Below are positions 1 through 11,271 of a DNA stretch of 64,000 nucleotides, piece by piece. The notes below the pieces were generated by a model. That model saw nothing but the letters and a program-made list of their open reading frames with translations, was not told the DNA's origin and did not search any database. Within the stretch, counting starts at the first letter, position 1. The number at the start of each line of letters is the position of its first letter. Source of the stretch: an uncultured Candidatus Competibacteraceae bacterium. GTDB lineage: Bacteria > Bacteroidota > Bacteroidia > CAIKAF01. Both the position numbers and the translations under genes were made by a program. The stretch lies in NCBI GenBank assembly GCA_964578885.1, contig CAZOEO010000012.1:16021-80020 (forward strand), given 5' to 3'.

Positions 1-85
1 TCGCCTGAAGTGTCGGGACTTTGGGGGTTAACACCCGCCCCTCCCCGCGGACAAATTAAGAAACCCGACTGACATTATTCGGCAA

Positions 86-115
86 ATAAACGTTTATAAC
101 CGATTATAAACGTTT
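86..115. promoter_or_regulatory. Candidate operator: two exact ATAAACGTTT boxes spaced 20 nt apart, each containing the palindrome AAACGTTT
   Basis: Exact 10-mer at 86-95 and 106-115. It lies in non-coding DNA about 125-150 nt upstream of the PAS gene ATG at 239. Confidence 0.3.
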
Positions 116-238
116 GCAATCACCTGGTCGCAATCCTTTGGTTTTTCTATGGATGTGAAATCCATTAAGCGCTGAATTGGTGGGACTTTATCTCCTGAGA
201 ATGGGGAATAGATCAAACTATTTACTCTACATTTGCGA

Positions 239-1228
239 ATGCAGTTGGAACTTCTTCAAATCGTTTTAGACAATACTTCAGAGGCCATCGTTCTTTACAA
301 TAAGGAGTTTAAGGTACTTGCGATCAACTCCCGAATGAAAGAACTCTACAGAGAGCTTTCAGACAAGGATATCGACCTGGGTTATGACATGAGGCAGTAT
401 CTAAACGCGACCAATGAAAGGACTTTTCACGAGTCCTCCCAAAAAGCCATCAATGGGCAAAAACAAGTGTTCGATTTTTTTAGCATTGGTGGGGTTTCAG
501 GTAAGTGGTTGAATTATACAGTTTTACCTGTTTATGAAAGGGGAGGACATTTTGTCGGAGTCATGTGGATTATCAAAGATATTCATGCTCAAAAAATGCT
601 CGAGCTTCAACTTCGCGAAGATGAGGGAAAGTTCAGAAGCCTTTTTGAAGAAGCCCCGATGTCTGTTCTCATTGTGGATGAAAAGGGCATCATCATTGAA
701 GCAAACAAGGAAACGTCTACACTTTTTGGCTATGATGCAGCGGAATTGATGGGGCAATCTATCAACATGCTGATTCCAGAAAGATTTCGTGCCGCTCACA
801 ACAAATATCAAGTTGGTTATATGGAACATCCACGCCCTTACAGAATGGGGATGGGGAGGCTTACACCGGCGGTCATGAAATCAGGAGAAGAAATCATGGT
901 GGAAGTCAGCCTGAACAGCTTTGTTTCTTTTGATAAAAAATACGCTACGGCCATTATTCAAAATGTGAGTGAGCGAATAGAAAATGAGAAAAGGGTAAAA
1001 GAAAAAATGAAGCAACTAAGAGACATTGCCTGGTTTCAGTCACATAAATTGAGACACCCTCTGGTGAATATCATGGGGTTAATGAATCTCATGAAAGAAG
1101 ATAAAGCATATAGTGAACAGATTTTGAATTTTTTAGAGATTGAGGTAAACGCTTTAGACCAGGTGATTCATACGGTGGTGGACATGGTGAATAAGGACCA
1201 TCTTCAGCAAGATGAAGAATCAATTTAA
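239..1228 (+). CDS. PAS-domain sensor protein with a HisKA-like phosphoacceptor helix but no HATPase_c domain
   Basis: ORF 233-1228; the first ATG is at 239 and 233 is TTG. Two PAS-like segments (LELLQIVLDNTSEAIVLYN..., FRSLFEEAPMSVLIVDEKGIIIEANKET...GYDAAELMGQSINMLIP). An H-box-like FQSHKLRHPLVNIMG follows. The ORF ends 50 aa later with no N/G1/G2 boxes. Confidence 0.8.
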   Translation: MQLELLQIVLDNTSEAIVLYNKEFKVLAINSRMKELYRELSDKDIDLGYDMRQYLNATNERTFHESSQKAINGQKQVFDFFSIGGVSGKWLNYTVLPVYERGGHFVGVMWIIKDIHAQKMLELQLREDEGKFRSLFEEAPMSVLIVDEKGIIIEANKETSTLFGYDAAELMGQSINMLIPERFRAAHNKYQVGYMEHPRPYRMGMGRLTPAVMKSGEEIMVEVSLNSFVSFDKKYATAIIQNVSERIENEKRVKEKMKQLRDIAWFQSHKLRHPLVNIMGLMNLMKEDKAYSEQILNFLEIEVNALDQVIHTVVDMVNKDHLQQDEESI

Positions 1229-1599
1229 ACCATCATTGGTTGGTGTATCCTATGGAATGCGTCTGTTGATTTTTCATTCCAGTATGTGCAGGTCTTACCA
1301 CTTAAACAGATAAAGGCAGATGCCGCCAATCACTTGGCCTTCCATTTTTCCGTGATTCATTTTTAAGAATAATCGTTTCAGCAAGGTGAGAATCCTTCTC
1401 CTTGCAATCTTTTTTTTCGATTGTTCTTCTTTTAAATTGTAATTAAAATTAAAAAATAAATATTTTGAATTTTTTTAAAAATTAAATAATTTGCTTATAA
1501 TGTGTTGTTTATGATTGTTTTTGTTAGATTGAGATTTATTTTTTTATATTTTAAATAGTTTGATGTGCAATAATTGAAAAAAAATGAAGTTTACGGCAC

Positions 1600-2982
1600 A
1601 TGCTAAAAAAAAGAATAACCTTCAGAAAGACCAGGAGCCCCTTCGCATTCATCGATTTTTTCATCCACTTCAACACCTTATTGTTGATTGGTGGAGCCGG
1701 ATTCATGTTGTACGAATTTCATCACCAATTTGAAGAAATCAGAGAGATGTTGCTCTCTTCGTCTTTTGGACTCCTGTTCATTTTCTTTTCCTTGTTCACA
1801 GCGGTTTTTAAGGTTGTATTTTTATTGTATGTGTTCTCTCATTACTTGAGATATAAATCAATATCATCCGTGGAAGATCATGAACTTCCCTCCATTACGG
1901 TCATTGTGCCTGCTTACAACGAAGGCCGTTTTGTGTTTAATACGCTGAAAAGTATCTGCGAAAGCGATTATCCCGGGGAAAAACTGCAAATCTTGGCCAT
2001 CGACGATGGCAGCAAAGATGACACCTGGGAATGGATGCAAAAGGCAAAACTGGCGCTAGGAGAAGCGATAGAAATTTATCAGCAGCCTGAAAATAAAGGA
2101 AAAAAGCACGCCCTGTATACCGGATTCCATAGGGCAAATGGGGATATTTTTGTTACCATAGATAGTGATTCCATTATTGAGAAGGGCACACTTCGAAATC
2201 TCGTTTCTCCGTTTATTGTAGACCACCATTGTGGTGCCGTGGCCGGAAATGTCAAAGTGTACAACAATCGAAAAGCCATTATTCCGAAAATGTTGAGCAT
2301 GAGCTTTGCCTACAGTTTTGGATTTATTCGGGCGGCTCAAAGTCACATGAAAACCGTGCTCTGTACTCCGGGAGCGCTGTCTGCTTATCGCAAGGATGCT
2401 GTCATGGCCTGCCTGGATGAGTGGATGAACCAAACTTTCATGGGCTTAAAAACCGATATTGGAGAAGACCGGGCCATGACCAATATGATTATGAAACAAG
2501 GTTGGCATATCTTGTTTCAGTCTAATGCACTCGTTTACACAAAAATCCCTGAAAACTACAACAACCTTAGGCGCATGTACATTAGATGGGAACGAAGCAA
2601 CGTCCGTGAAATCTTTATGATGTCGAAATTTGCTTTCTCAAATTTTAGACCTTCTCATACCTGGAACCCGCGGCTGTTGTTGTTTAGTCAATGGCTCACC
2701 ATGCTTGCGGCCTATCCTGCTGTTCTGGCCATGCTGCTCATCCTCTTCGCTTATCCACGACTCTTTTTTAGTTCTACCATCGTAAGTGTGGCGTTGTTTT
2801 CCATCGTTCCGGCTTTGTACTGCGGAATAAAACATAATAAACGAAAGGCCTTTTGGATTTTCACCTACAATATATTTCACTCCTTTACCTTGTTTTGGAT
2901 TACCCCTTATGCCATTCTTACGGTAAAAAAACGTGGATGGTTAACCAGAAATCATGTCGAGGCGGAACAAGTTGGCAAGTAA
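1600..2982 (+). CDS. Membrane-embedded processive family-2 glycosyltransferase (NodC/HasA/PgaC/chitin-synthase-like)
   Basis: N-terminal TM helices, then VIVPAYNEG, AIDDGSKDDT, TIDSDS, GEDRAMT and IRWERSNVRE (RW motif). Several C-terminal TM helices follow. Confidence 0.85.
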   Translation: MLKKRITFRKTRSPFAFIDFFIHFNTLLLIGGAGFMLYEFHHQFEEIREMLLSSSFGLLFIFFSLFTAVFKVVFLLYVFSHYLRYKSISSVEDHELPSITVIVPAYNEGRFVFNTLKSICESDYPGEKLQILAIDDGSKDDTWEWMQKAKLALGEAIEIYQQPENKGKKHALYTGFHRANGDIFVTIDSDSIIEKGTLRNLVSPFIVDHHCGAVAGNVKVYNNRKAIIPKMLSMSFAYSFGFIRAAQSHMKTVLCTPGALSAYRKDAVMACLDEWMNQTFMGLKTDIGEDRAMTNMIMKQGWHILFQSNALVYTKIPENYNNLRRMYIRWERSNVREIFMMSKFAFSNFRPSHTWNPRLLLFSQWLTMLAAYPAVLAMLLILFAYPRLFFSSTIVSVALFSIVPALYCGIKHNKRKAFWIFTYNIFHSFTLFWITPYAILTVKKRGWLTRNHVEAEQVGK

Positions 2983-2993
2983 AAAGCATACTT

Positions 2994-3029
2994 CCGGCGG
3001 TTTTAAAGCACAGATGCCAAGCCGGTTTT
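2994..3029 (+). terminator. Weak candidate terminator after the GT2 gene
   Basis: CCGGC (2994-2998) pairs with GCCGG (3021-3025), followed by TTTT. The loop is large (22 nt), so support is weak. Confidence 0.3.
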
Positions 3030-3360
3030 CTGACCTCTACCTCCATGTCTGGGATTTCAGCCCAAATAGATGGTCTTTTCGTTCAATTTTTATCCTGATA
3101 TTTCAGTCTTTAAATGAATCGAAAGCGTTTTCTTCTATAAAAATTCAGATGATTCGGAATCCCTGCCAAATGGATTTAAGCATTGGAGCAAATCATTCTT
3201 TTAAATTTTAGCAAGTATCATATTGTCAGTATGCTAAGCAAAATATTCACAAGGAAATGTACTTCGATTGACCTCACTATGTTAGGATTCCTATCTTTGA
3301 AAACCCAGCGCAAACCATGAACTATCTGGAGCGTTTAAAGCATTTTTTAAAACATGCACC

Positions 3361-3735
3361 ATGAAAACAGACATCACCCATAGGGAAGACATTGAATTGA
3401 TGGTCAATACTTTTTATGGAAAAGTAAGAACGAATCCCATGTTAGGTTACATCTTCGATGAGGTGGCCAAAATAGATTGGGAATCGCACCTTCCTAAAAT
3501 GTATTCTTTTTGGGCCAGTATTTTGTTGGGAGAACATAGTTTTGCGGGAAATCCCATGCAAAAACACATCGCCTTGAGCAAATTAACCTCCATGACCGAC
3601 AAGGAGTTTGCTGAATGGCTTCATCTGTTTATCGAAACGGTAGATGAGCTTTTTGTCGGGGAAAAAGCCAATGAAGCCAAATTGCGGGCGGGAAACATTG
3701 CCAGGTTAATGCTGCATCAGATCCAAATAAAATGA
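3361..3735 (+). CDS. Group III truncated hemoglobin (globin-like protein)
   Basis: 124 aa. REDIELMVNTFYGKVRTNPMLGYIF...WESHLPKMYSFWASILLG...AGNPMQKH matches the trHb-III pattern I recognise. Confidence 0.8.
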   Translation: MKTDITHREDIELMVNTFYGKVRTNPMLGYIFDEVAKIDWESHLPKMYSFWASILLGEHSFAGNPMQKHIALSKLTSMTDKEFAEWLHLFIETVDELFVGEKANEAKLRAGNIARLMLHQIQIK

Positions 3736-4381
3736 ACGCCCCATCCGGATGGGATTGACAAATAAATCAGCTGTTTGGAATGGCACGCTAGTCAAGTGGA
3801 TTTGATTTTACCGGGCTTGAAATTGTTACCTACAGATATGGTAGCTCAGGTAAACGTGAGCGAAAACAAAGTGTTGGCCATACAAAAGATAGACTGACCA
3901 ACTGAAATGCAGCGAAATGCTTCTCTTGCACCGGTCGTCTCTTTCATATCAATCTCCTGCACGTCAACAGGGATTTTGTCATTTTATTATAATAGTTTTT
4001 TGATTATCAGTTAATTGTTTAATGGTCGTGCTGTTTGGGTTTCCCGGAAAAGGAAATATAGGCAGCAGGTGCCCCATCGCAAATCTGAAACAACTTTAGC
4101 TGACATCGTCAAATGACTTGAATACACAGCCTCTTAAAGTCCTTTTATCTGAATATAATAAGCACTATTTATCCGGAAATAAAAGGAAAATAAACCATGA
4201 GATGGATGATGGGACTTTTCCCATCAAATGGAATCAAAATGTTTACAGCCCGAATCTAACCGGCCAAAAATCTCGTTCTGCACCAAAATTTGAGGTATAT
4301 TGGGGTAAGGTATTCTGAAGAGAAAATCGGTAAAACGTCATTCCGCTTTTCTCTCAACGATATTGCGGAAATGAATTGTAA

Positions 4382-6580
<2,199 letters not shown>

Positions 6581-6655
6581 ACCTTCACAGAAAACGTGGT
6601 TTCTTTGGTTTTTCCTGAATTTTAATTTGAAAATCACTGAAATAGATGCGGGTGA

Positions 6656-6696
6656 CGTTGGGGAAGGTGTATCGTTCTTCCTCACCTTCCTCAACG
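6656..6696. terminator. Strong stem-loop between convergent katG and the downstream minus-strand gene (possible bidirectional terminator)
   Basis: CGTTGGGGAAGGTG (6656-6669) pairs with CACCTTCCTCAACG (6683-6696). That is 14 bp including one G-T pair, with a 13-nt loop. There is no clean U-tract on either side. Confidence 0.5.
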
Positions 6697-6713
6697 AACC
6701 CTCTTCAATGTTT

Positions 6714-7817
6714 TCATTTGTTCATGGCCAACCTTTTCTGCCACCTGTCAAACAGCCACATCAGCGTCCAATACACGGGTAAAAGGATGGGATAAAACAG
6801 CATCACCAGAAAGACATAGCCATGATGATTTCCGGCGTTTTCTCCAATGATTCGATCAATCAAGCTAAAAGAAAGGATATAGCAAAGCAACACCAAAAAT
6901 GGAATGAGGATGCTGCCTGCAATCACAACCGGGGAAAATCGGCTGTGGATATTGTTTTTCCGATAAAGGTTTATGAGAAGCAAATGCAAAATGAGACAAA
7001 TGCCTCCCGCCATGCAAGCCAGTCCGAAAGGCGAAATGGCAATGAGAGCTTGAGCCAGTGGACTTATCTCCGGCGTATATGAAAATTCCAAATACTCGCC
7101 CGGAAGCGACTGAAAGGTCCAGCTGTTCTGTTTTTGAAACGATTGTTCTTTGGGTTCACCTAGATTGGTGGTCAGGGTTTTCACGGTTCCTTCCTGTTCA
7201 ACCACAATGTCTAAACGGCCAAACGATTTCCAAAATTTAGCAGGGGTAAGGGAATATCGAAAACTATGAGATTTTATCCAGCCGGACACGTCGATCCAGG
7301 CATTGGCAGTGTATTCCACCCTGACTTTGTGAACGCCTTCGGGTAAATCGGTTTCAAAATATTTCAATTCATAGATGGGATACACATAACCGGTGCTTTC
7401 TTGCCAATAAATGGTGACTTCATCACTTGTTCTGGGTTCGCCTTCATTTTCCGTAAGACGGCTAAATCCTGAGAAAGGTGAATTGTTGAAATGGGTATAT
7501 TCACTCGGAATGGCTTGAATGGCTACCGGTTGCTGATTCACCCATACATAGAAACTATCTTTATAATCCTGCGCATAAAACAAGAGCGGTATTTGTCGAC
7601 CGGCTACCTCACTTTGAACTGTATATTCCACCACAAACTTTGCCGTCTTAAAATCCTTGTCGATGGTGATGTGGATGAATTCCGACAAGATATGGATGTC
7701 TTTGCTGGTAAAGGCGGAACTGGTCATGGTGCCGTGTCGAATGGGCGAAGACATGTTGGCCTGGACCATTTGTCCCAAAACGAGAAGTAAAAAAGTAAGC
7801 GATGCTTTAAAATACAT
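6714..7817 (-). CDS. Hypothetical membrane protein: signal peptide, about 250-aa extracytoplasmic domain, C-terminal multi-TM region
   Basis: 367-aa ORF. N-terminal MYFKASLTFLLLVLGQMVQA. The C-terminus has about 4 hydrophobic helices (LIAISPFGLACMAGGICLILHLLLI..., VVIAGSILIPFLVLLCYIL..., YVFLVMLFYPILLPVYWTLMWLF). I recognise no family. Confidence 0.65.
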   Translation of the reverse strand: MYFKASLTFLLLVLGQMVQANMSSPIRHGTMTSSAFTSKDIHILSEFIHITIDKDFKTAKFVVEYTVQSEVAGRQIPLLFYAQDYKDSFYVWVNQQPVAIQAIPSEYTHFNNSPFSGFSRLTENEGEPRTSDEVTIYWQESTGYVYPIYELKYFETDLPEGVHKVRVEYTANAWIDVSGWIKSHSFRYSLTPAKFWKSFGRLDIVVEQEGTVKTLTTNLGEPKEQSFQKQNSWTFQSLPGEYLEFSYTPEISPLAQALIAISPFGLACMAGGICLILHLLLINLYRKNNIHSRFSPVVIAGSILIPFLVLLCYILSFSLIDRIIGENAGNHHGYVFLVMLFYPILLPVYWTLMWLFDRWQKRLAMNK

Positions 7818-8080
7818 GCAGAGCGTTTTTGAGTAGGATGGTGGTGGAATAGGGCTGGTTACAGTTCTGTGGTAACTTCTTATGAATTCATCATCAATAT
7901 ACTATAAAAATTTAAACAGGGTAAGGTGGTCTCGTTTATTTAGAAACAAAAGTGGTGAAATGGATCTGGGAAATGCCACGGTCGTCCGATACGGAGCATA
8001 CCCTGTGATCCGGGAAAAAATATGTTGTTCAATGATGCTGCAAAATCAGCCCGGAGTGCATCGTCACCTTTCTCCTCAAA

Positions 8081-8866
8081 TTAAAACAAAGCTTTAAATG
8101 CCGCATACCCCGCATCACCCGTTTCACTGCCCTGACAACCCAGGGTTTGTTTCTGGTTCTGAATGTCTTGAACGCGATTTCCCGGATCTGGATGCGTACT
8201 CAAAAAGGTCGGAATCTGCGGATTGGATTCTTCTGCCATTAGTTTCTCGAAAAATCCTGCCGCCCCATCGGCCTGAAAGCGCGTTTTACACAAATACGAC
8301 ACACTCCGCGCATCAGCTTCTCGCTCATCGGATCTGCTAAACTCAAGGCCAATAAGTCCACCGGCAATTTGTCCCAATTCCTGTTGGTTTTCTCCTAATA
8401 AAATATCGGTAAGCAGCTGGATACCATACGCTTTGGTGAGCTGGGCTGTACTATGTCTTTCATCTGCATGTGCCATCTCATGCGCTAAAACGCCCAACAA
8501 TTCATGCGTGCTGTCTAAATACTTAATCAAACCGGTATAAATGAAAATATATCCGCCAGGCGCACAAAAGGCATTTAATACTGCATCGTCCTGAATCAGA
8601 TAGACTTCCCAGGCAAAGGTTTCTGCATATTTTATTTCTCCGGTGGTCAATAATTCATCGCGCAAATTATCTACAAAAGCATACGCTTCCGGTGCTGTGG
8701 ATCTGGGAATAACAGGATATTGCTGCGGCTTAGACAAAATTTCGTCCCGTAGCTGCTGGCCAAAAGTGATGTCCTGCGATACAGAAAAAATATTAAACCC
8801 ATCTCCACATTGCAGGCCGGAAAAACCTACCAACAATCCTAAAAAATACACTTTGAATTTTTTCAT
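8081..8866 (-). CDS. M48 family zinc metalloprotease (secreted or lipoprotein)
   Basis: Signal sequence MKKFKVYFLGLLVGFSGLQC. Zinc motif LAHEMAHADERH (HExxH). Confidence 0.88.
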   Translation of the reverse strand: MKKFKVYFLGLLVGFSGLQCGDGFNIFSVSQDITFGQQLRDEILSKPQQYPVIPRSTAPEAYAFVDNLRDELLTTGEIKYAETFAWEVYLIQDDAVLNAFCAPGGYIFIYTGLIKYLDSTHELLGVLAHEMAHADERHSTAQLTKAYGIQLLTDILLGENQQELGQIAGGLIGLEFSRSDEREADARSVSYLCKTRFQADGAAGFFEKLMAEESNPQIPTFLSTHPDPGNRVQDIQNQKQTLGCQGSETGDAGYAAFKALF

Positions 8867-8937
8867 AGGTTAAAATTAGGGTTTTTAAAAGATACGGAAA
8901 ACTGCTATTCCACATATATTTGTGAGAAGTAACGCTT

Positions 8938-9939
8938 ATGCCAACGCCCATTCTTTCCGGTGTCGGGTATCATGTTCCGGAACAACGGATCACCAACGCC
9001 GATTTAGAAAAACTAATGGACACTTCCGATGCTTGGATTCAGGAAAGAACCGGAATTCAAGAGCGCCGTTATGCGGTGCCCGGAAAAGATACCACCTCGG
9101 GTATGGGAACCAAAGCCGCAGAAGCAGCTTTGGAACATGCCGGATTGCGGGCGCAAGACATCGATCTTCTCGTGTTCGCAACCTTGAGCCCGGATTACTA
9201 TTTTCCCGGAAGTGGCGTATTGGTTCAGCGAAATTTACAAATGCCGACCATTCCCTGTCTGGATGTGCGTGCCCAATGCTCTGGTTTTATTTACGGTTTG
9301 TCCATTGCTCAGCAATATATTCGAACCGGTGAAGCTAGAAATGTGTTGGTCATTGGCGCTGAATCCCAAACTTGCCTCATGGAATTGAGCGATCGTGGAC
9401 GCAATGTGGCAGTTATTTTCGGAGATGGCGCCGGGGCGGCAGTGTTAAAAGCCGGCCAAACCGATGATTCGGGTGCGCTTTTGGCCACGTCCATCCACGC
9501 GCAAGGTCAGTTTGCGGAGGAATTGTACCTGCGACATCCCGGAACCTTGGCTTCACCACGGTTAACCCCGGGAATGCTCACCGATGGTTCTATGTTGCCA
9601 GTGATGAATGGTCCTACAGTGTTTAAACATGCTGTCACCCGGTTCGAGGAAGCCATTCGTGAAGTCCATGAGAAGGCGGGGAAATCAGTCGATCAACTTG
9701 ATGTGCTTATTCCTCATCAGGCCAATTTGCGCATTTCTCAGGCCATTCAGAAAAAACTTGGATTGGAGGACCATCAGGTGGTCAATAATGTTCAACAATT
9801 CGGAAATACCACCGCGGCTTCCATTCCCATTGCGCTTGCACAGGCCTGGCAAGAGGGAAGAATTCAACCCGGACATCAGGTTTGTATGGCGGCTTTTGGC
9901 TCCGGATTTACCTGGGGAAGCGCCTTGGTGCAATTTTAA
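8938..9939 (+). CDS. fabH: Beta-ketoacyl-ACP synthase III
   Basis: 333 aa. WIQERTGIQERR, active-site Cys context AQCSGFIYGL, IPHQAN, GNTTAASIP, AAFGSGFTWG. Confidence 0.93.
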   Translation: MPTPILSGVGYHVPEQRITNADLEKLMDTSDAWIQERTGIQERRYAVPGKDTTSGMGTKAAEAALEHAGLRAQDIDLLVFATLSPDYYFPGSGVLVQRNLQMPTIPCLDVRAQCSGFIYGLSIAQQYIRTGEARNVLVIGAESQTCLMELSDRGRNVAVIFGDGAGAAVLKAGQTDDSGALLATSIHAQGQFAEELYLRHPGTLASPRLTPGMLTDGSMLPVMNGPTVFKHAVTRFEEAIREVHEKAGKSVDQLDVLIPHQANLRISQAIQKKLGLEDHQVVNNVQQFGNTTAASIPIALAQAWQEGRIQPGHQVCMAAFGSGFTWGSALVQF

Positions 9940-9990
9940 AAGGGAAAAGGTCGGTGCCGTTATTTTACGGGAAAATGAACCTCCTGACAT

Positions 9991-11220
9991 TTATTCATGA
10001 CGTAAAGCGTCGATGGGATTGAGCCTCGAAGCTTTAATGGCCGGGTAAAGTCCTGCACCCACACCCACTAAAAAACAGACCAACACAGAAAGAATCATCC
10101 AATTCCAGGGAAGAATGAATGCGCCGGAAAATATCGCAGATACCACATTTCCTAATAAAATTCCCAGCACAATACCAAGTCCTCCTCCGATCTGACAGAT
10201 GAGCATGGCTTCGGTTAAAAACTGATATACAATATCTTTACGCTGCGCCCCAAGGGCTTTTCGAGTGCCGATTTCCTTGGTTCTTTCGGTTACGCTGACC
10301 AACATGATGTTGAGCAAACCAACCAGGGCGCCAATCAAGGTAATGCCGGCAATGACCAGTGAACCCAATCGAATCATTTGGGTGAGGCCTTCCAAATCTG
10401 AAGTGAGTCCATCACTTTTTTCAATTACAAAGCTCGATTCGTCTTGTGGTAAATCCCGCCGGATATTTCTGAACAAACCTTCTGCCTCGGCTGAGGCGGC
10501 ATGCATGGTTTCTGGTGTCGGACATTTCACCGTAATATTAAAGGTGGTGCGATTGGTCAACAAGGCAATACGCAAGACGGCCAGCGGCACCAGGGCCATT
10601 CTGTCGTTGCCGGAACCCATACCGGAACCTTTGCTTTCTAAGGTGCCAATAACGCGAAATCGCTGATTACCAATCCAAAGCATTTCACCTATGGGCGATT
10701 GTCCCGGAAAAAACGTTCGCACCAAATCCGCTCCGATGATGACAACAGAAGCGCCGTCTTCGGCTTCTCTGGCTTGAAAATTTCTTCCGGTGGCTATTTG
10801 AAACCCACTGACTTCCAAATAGTTTTCGTCTCCGCCGATGATAACAATCTTCGGATGGGTACGTTTGTTTTTGTAGCGGACTACGCCGGTACTGGTGGCA
10901 TTGGCAGAAACGGAAACTATACCATGCGAAGCATATCGATCCGCAAATTGTCGCGCTTCATCAAACCGAATGGCTGGAAAACTTTTTCGTTCTCCTTCTC
11001 CTCCCATACGCCAGCGCGTTTTGGAGCGAATGGAAAAGGAATTGGAGCCCAGCGTAGCAAAATTGTCGCCTACTGCTTTGGAAAGGGCGTCGATCGCGGT
11101 GAGCATGCCGACCAACGACATAATCCCAACTCCAATAATGAGAATGGTGAGCAATGTACGAACCCTTTGTCCCTGAAGGGAACGCCAGGCCATACGCAGG
11201 TGTTCGTTCCACGCTTTCAT
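9991..11220 (-). CDS. ABC transporter permease, MacB/FtsX type
   Basis: 409 aa. N-terminal TM, large periplasmic domain, C-terminal FtsX-like region (TERTKEIGTRKALGA...). No ATPase gene is adjacent. Confidence 0.88.
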   Translation of the reverse strand: MKAWNEHLRMAWRSLQGQRVRTLLTILIIGVGIMSLVGMLTAIDALSKAVGDNFATLGSNSFSIRSKTRWRMGGEGERKSFPAIRFDEARQFADRYASHGIVSVSANATSTGVVRYKNKRTHPKIVIIGGDENYLEVSGFQIATGRNFQAREAEDGASVVIIGADLVRTFFPGQSPIGEMLWIGNQRFRVIGTLESKGSGMGSGNDRMALVPLAVLRIALLTNRTTFNITVKCPTPETMHAASAEAEGLFRNIRRDLPQDESSFVIEKSDGLTSDLEGLTQMIRLGSLVIAGITLIGALVGLLNIMLVSVTERTKEIGTRKALGAQRKDIVYQFLTEAMLICQIGGGLGIVLGILLGNVVSAIFSGAFILPWNWMILSVLVCFLVGVGAGLYPAIKASRLNPIDALRHE

Positions 11221-11271
11221 GTAATCGAAGGTAGCTGATTTTCACATCTACCTCTGGAAAAAAAAGTTAAT

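Noticed and set aside
1-72. An open frame (…SPEVSGLWGLTPAPPRGQIKKPD-stop) and a GC-rich segment with GTCGGG (12-17) / CCCGAC (64-69) complementarity at the window edge. It could be the 3' end of an upstream gene or a structured RNA.
   Set aside because: Only 24 codons are visible, there are no recognisable motifs, and the pairing is 6 bp across a 46-nt loop. It cannot be supported without the upstream sequence.
1229-1400. Possible decayed HATPase_c remnant downstream of the truncated PAS/DHp gene. One frame reads …QVLPLKQIKADAANHLAFHFSVIHF-stop.
   Set aside because: The resemblance to an N-box region is vague, the frame is short, and no G1/G2 boxes follow. It is kept only as a check under the PAS finding.
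3838-3860. tRNA-like D-arm string GGTAGCTCAGGTAAACG.
   Set aside because: No T-arm (GGTTCGAAYCC-like), no acceptor-stem pairing and no anticodon arm nearby. It is not a tRNA.
3950-4200. AT-rich strings resembling PerR (TTATAAT) or OxyR (ATAG-N7-) half-sites upstream of katG.
   Set aside because: Only half-sites are present. No full dyad with the correct spacing could be found by eye.
4118-4318. 66-aa ORF in the globin-katG spacer.
   Set aside because: It has a non-ATG start, a low-complexity basic sequence and no recognisable motif. It is probably spurious.
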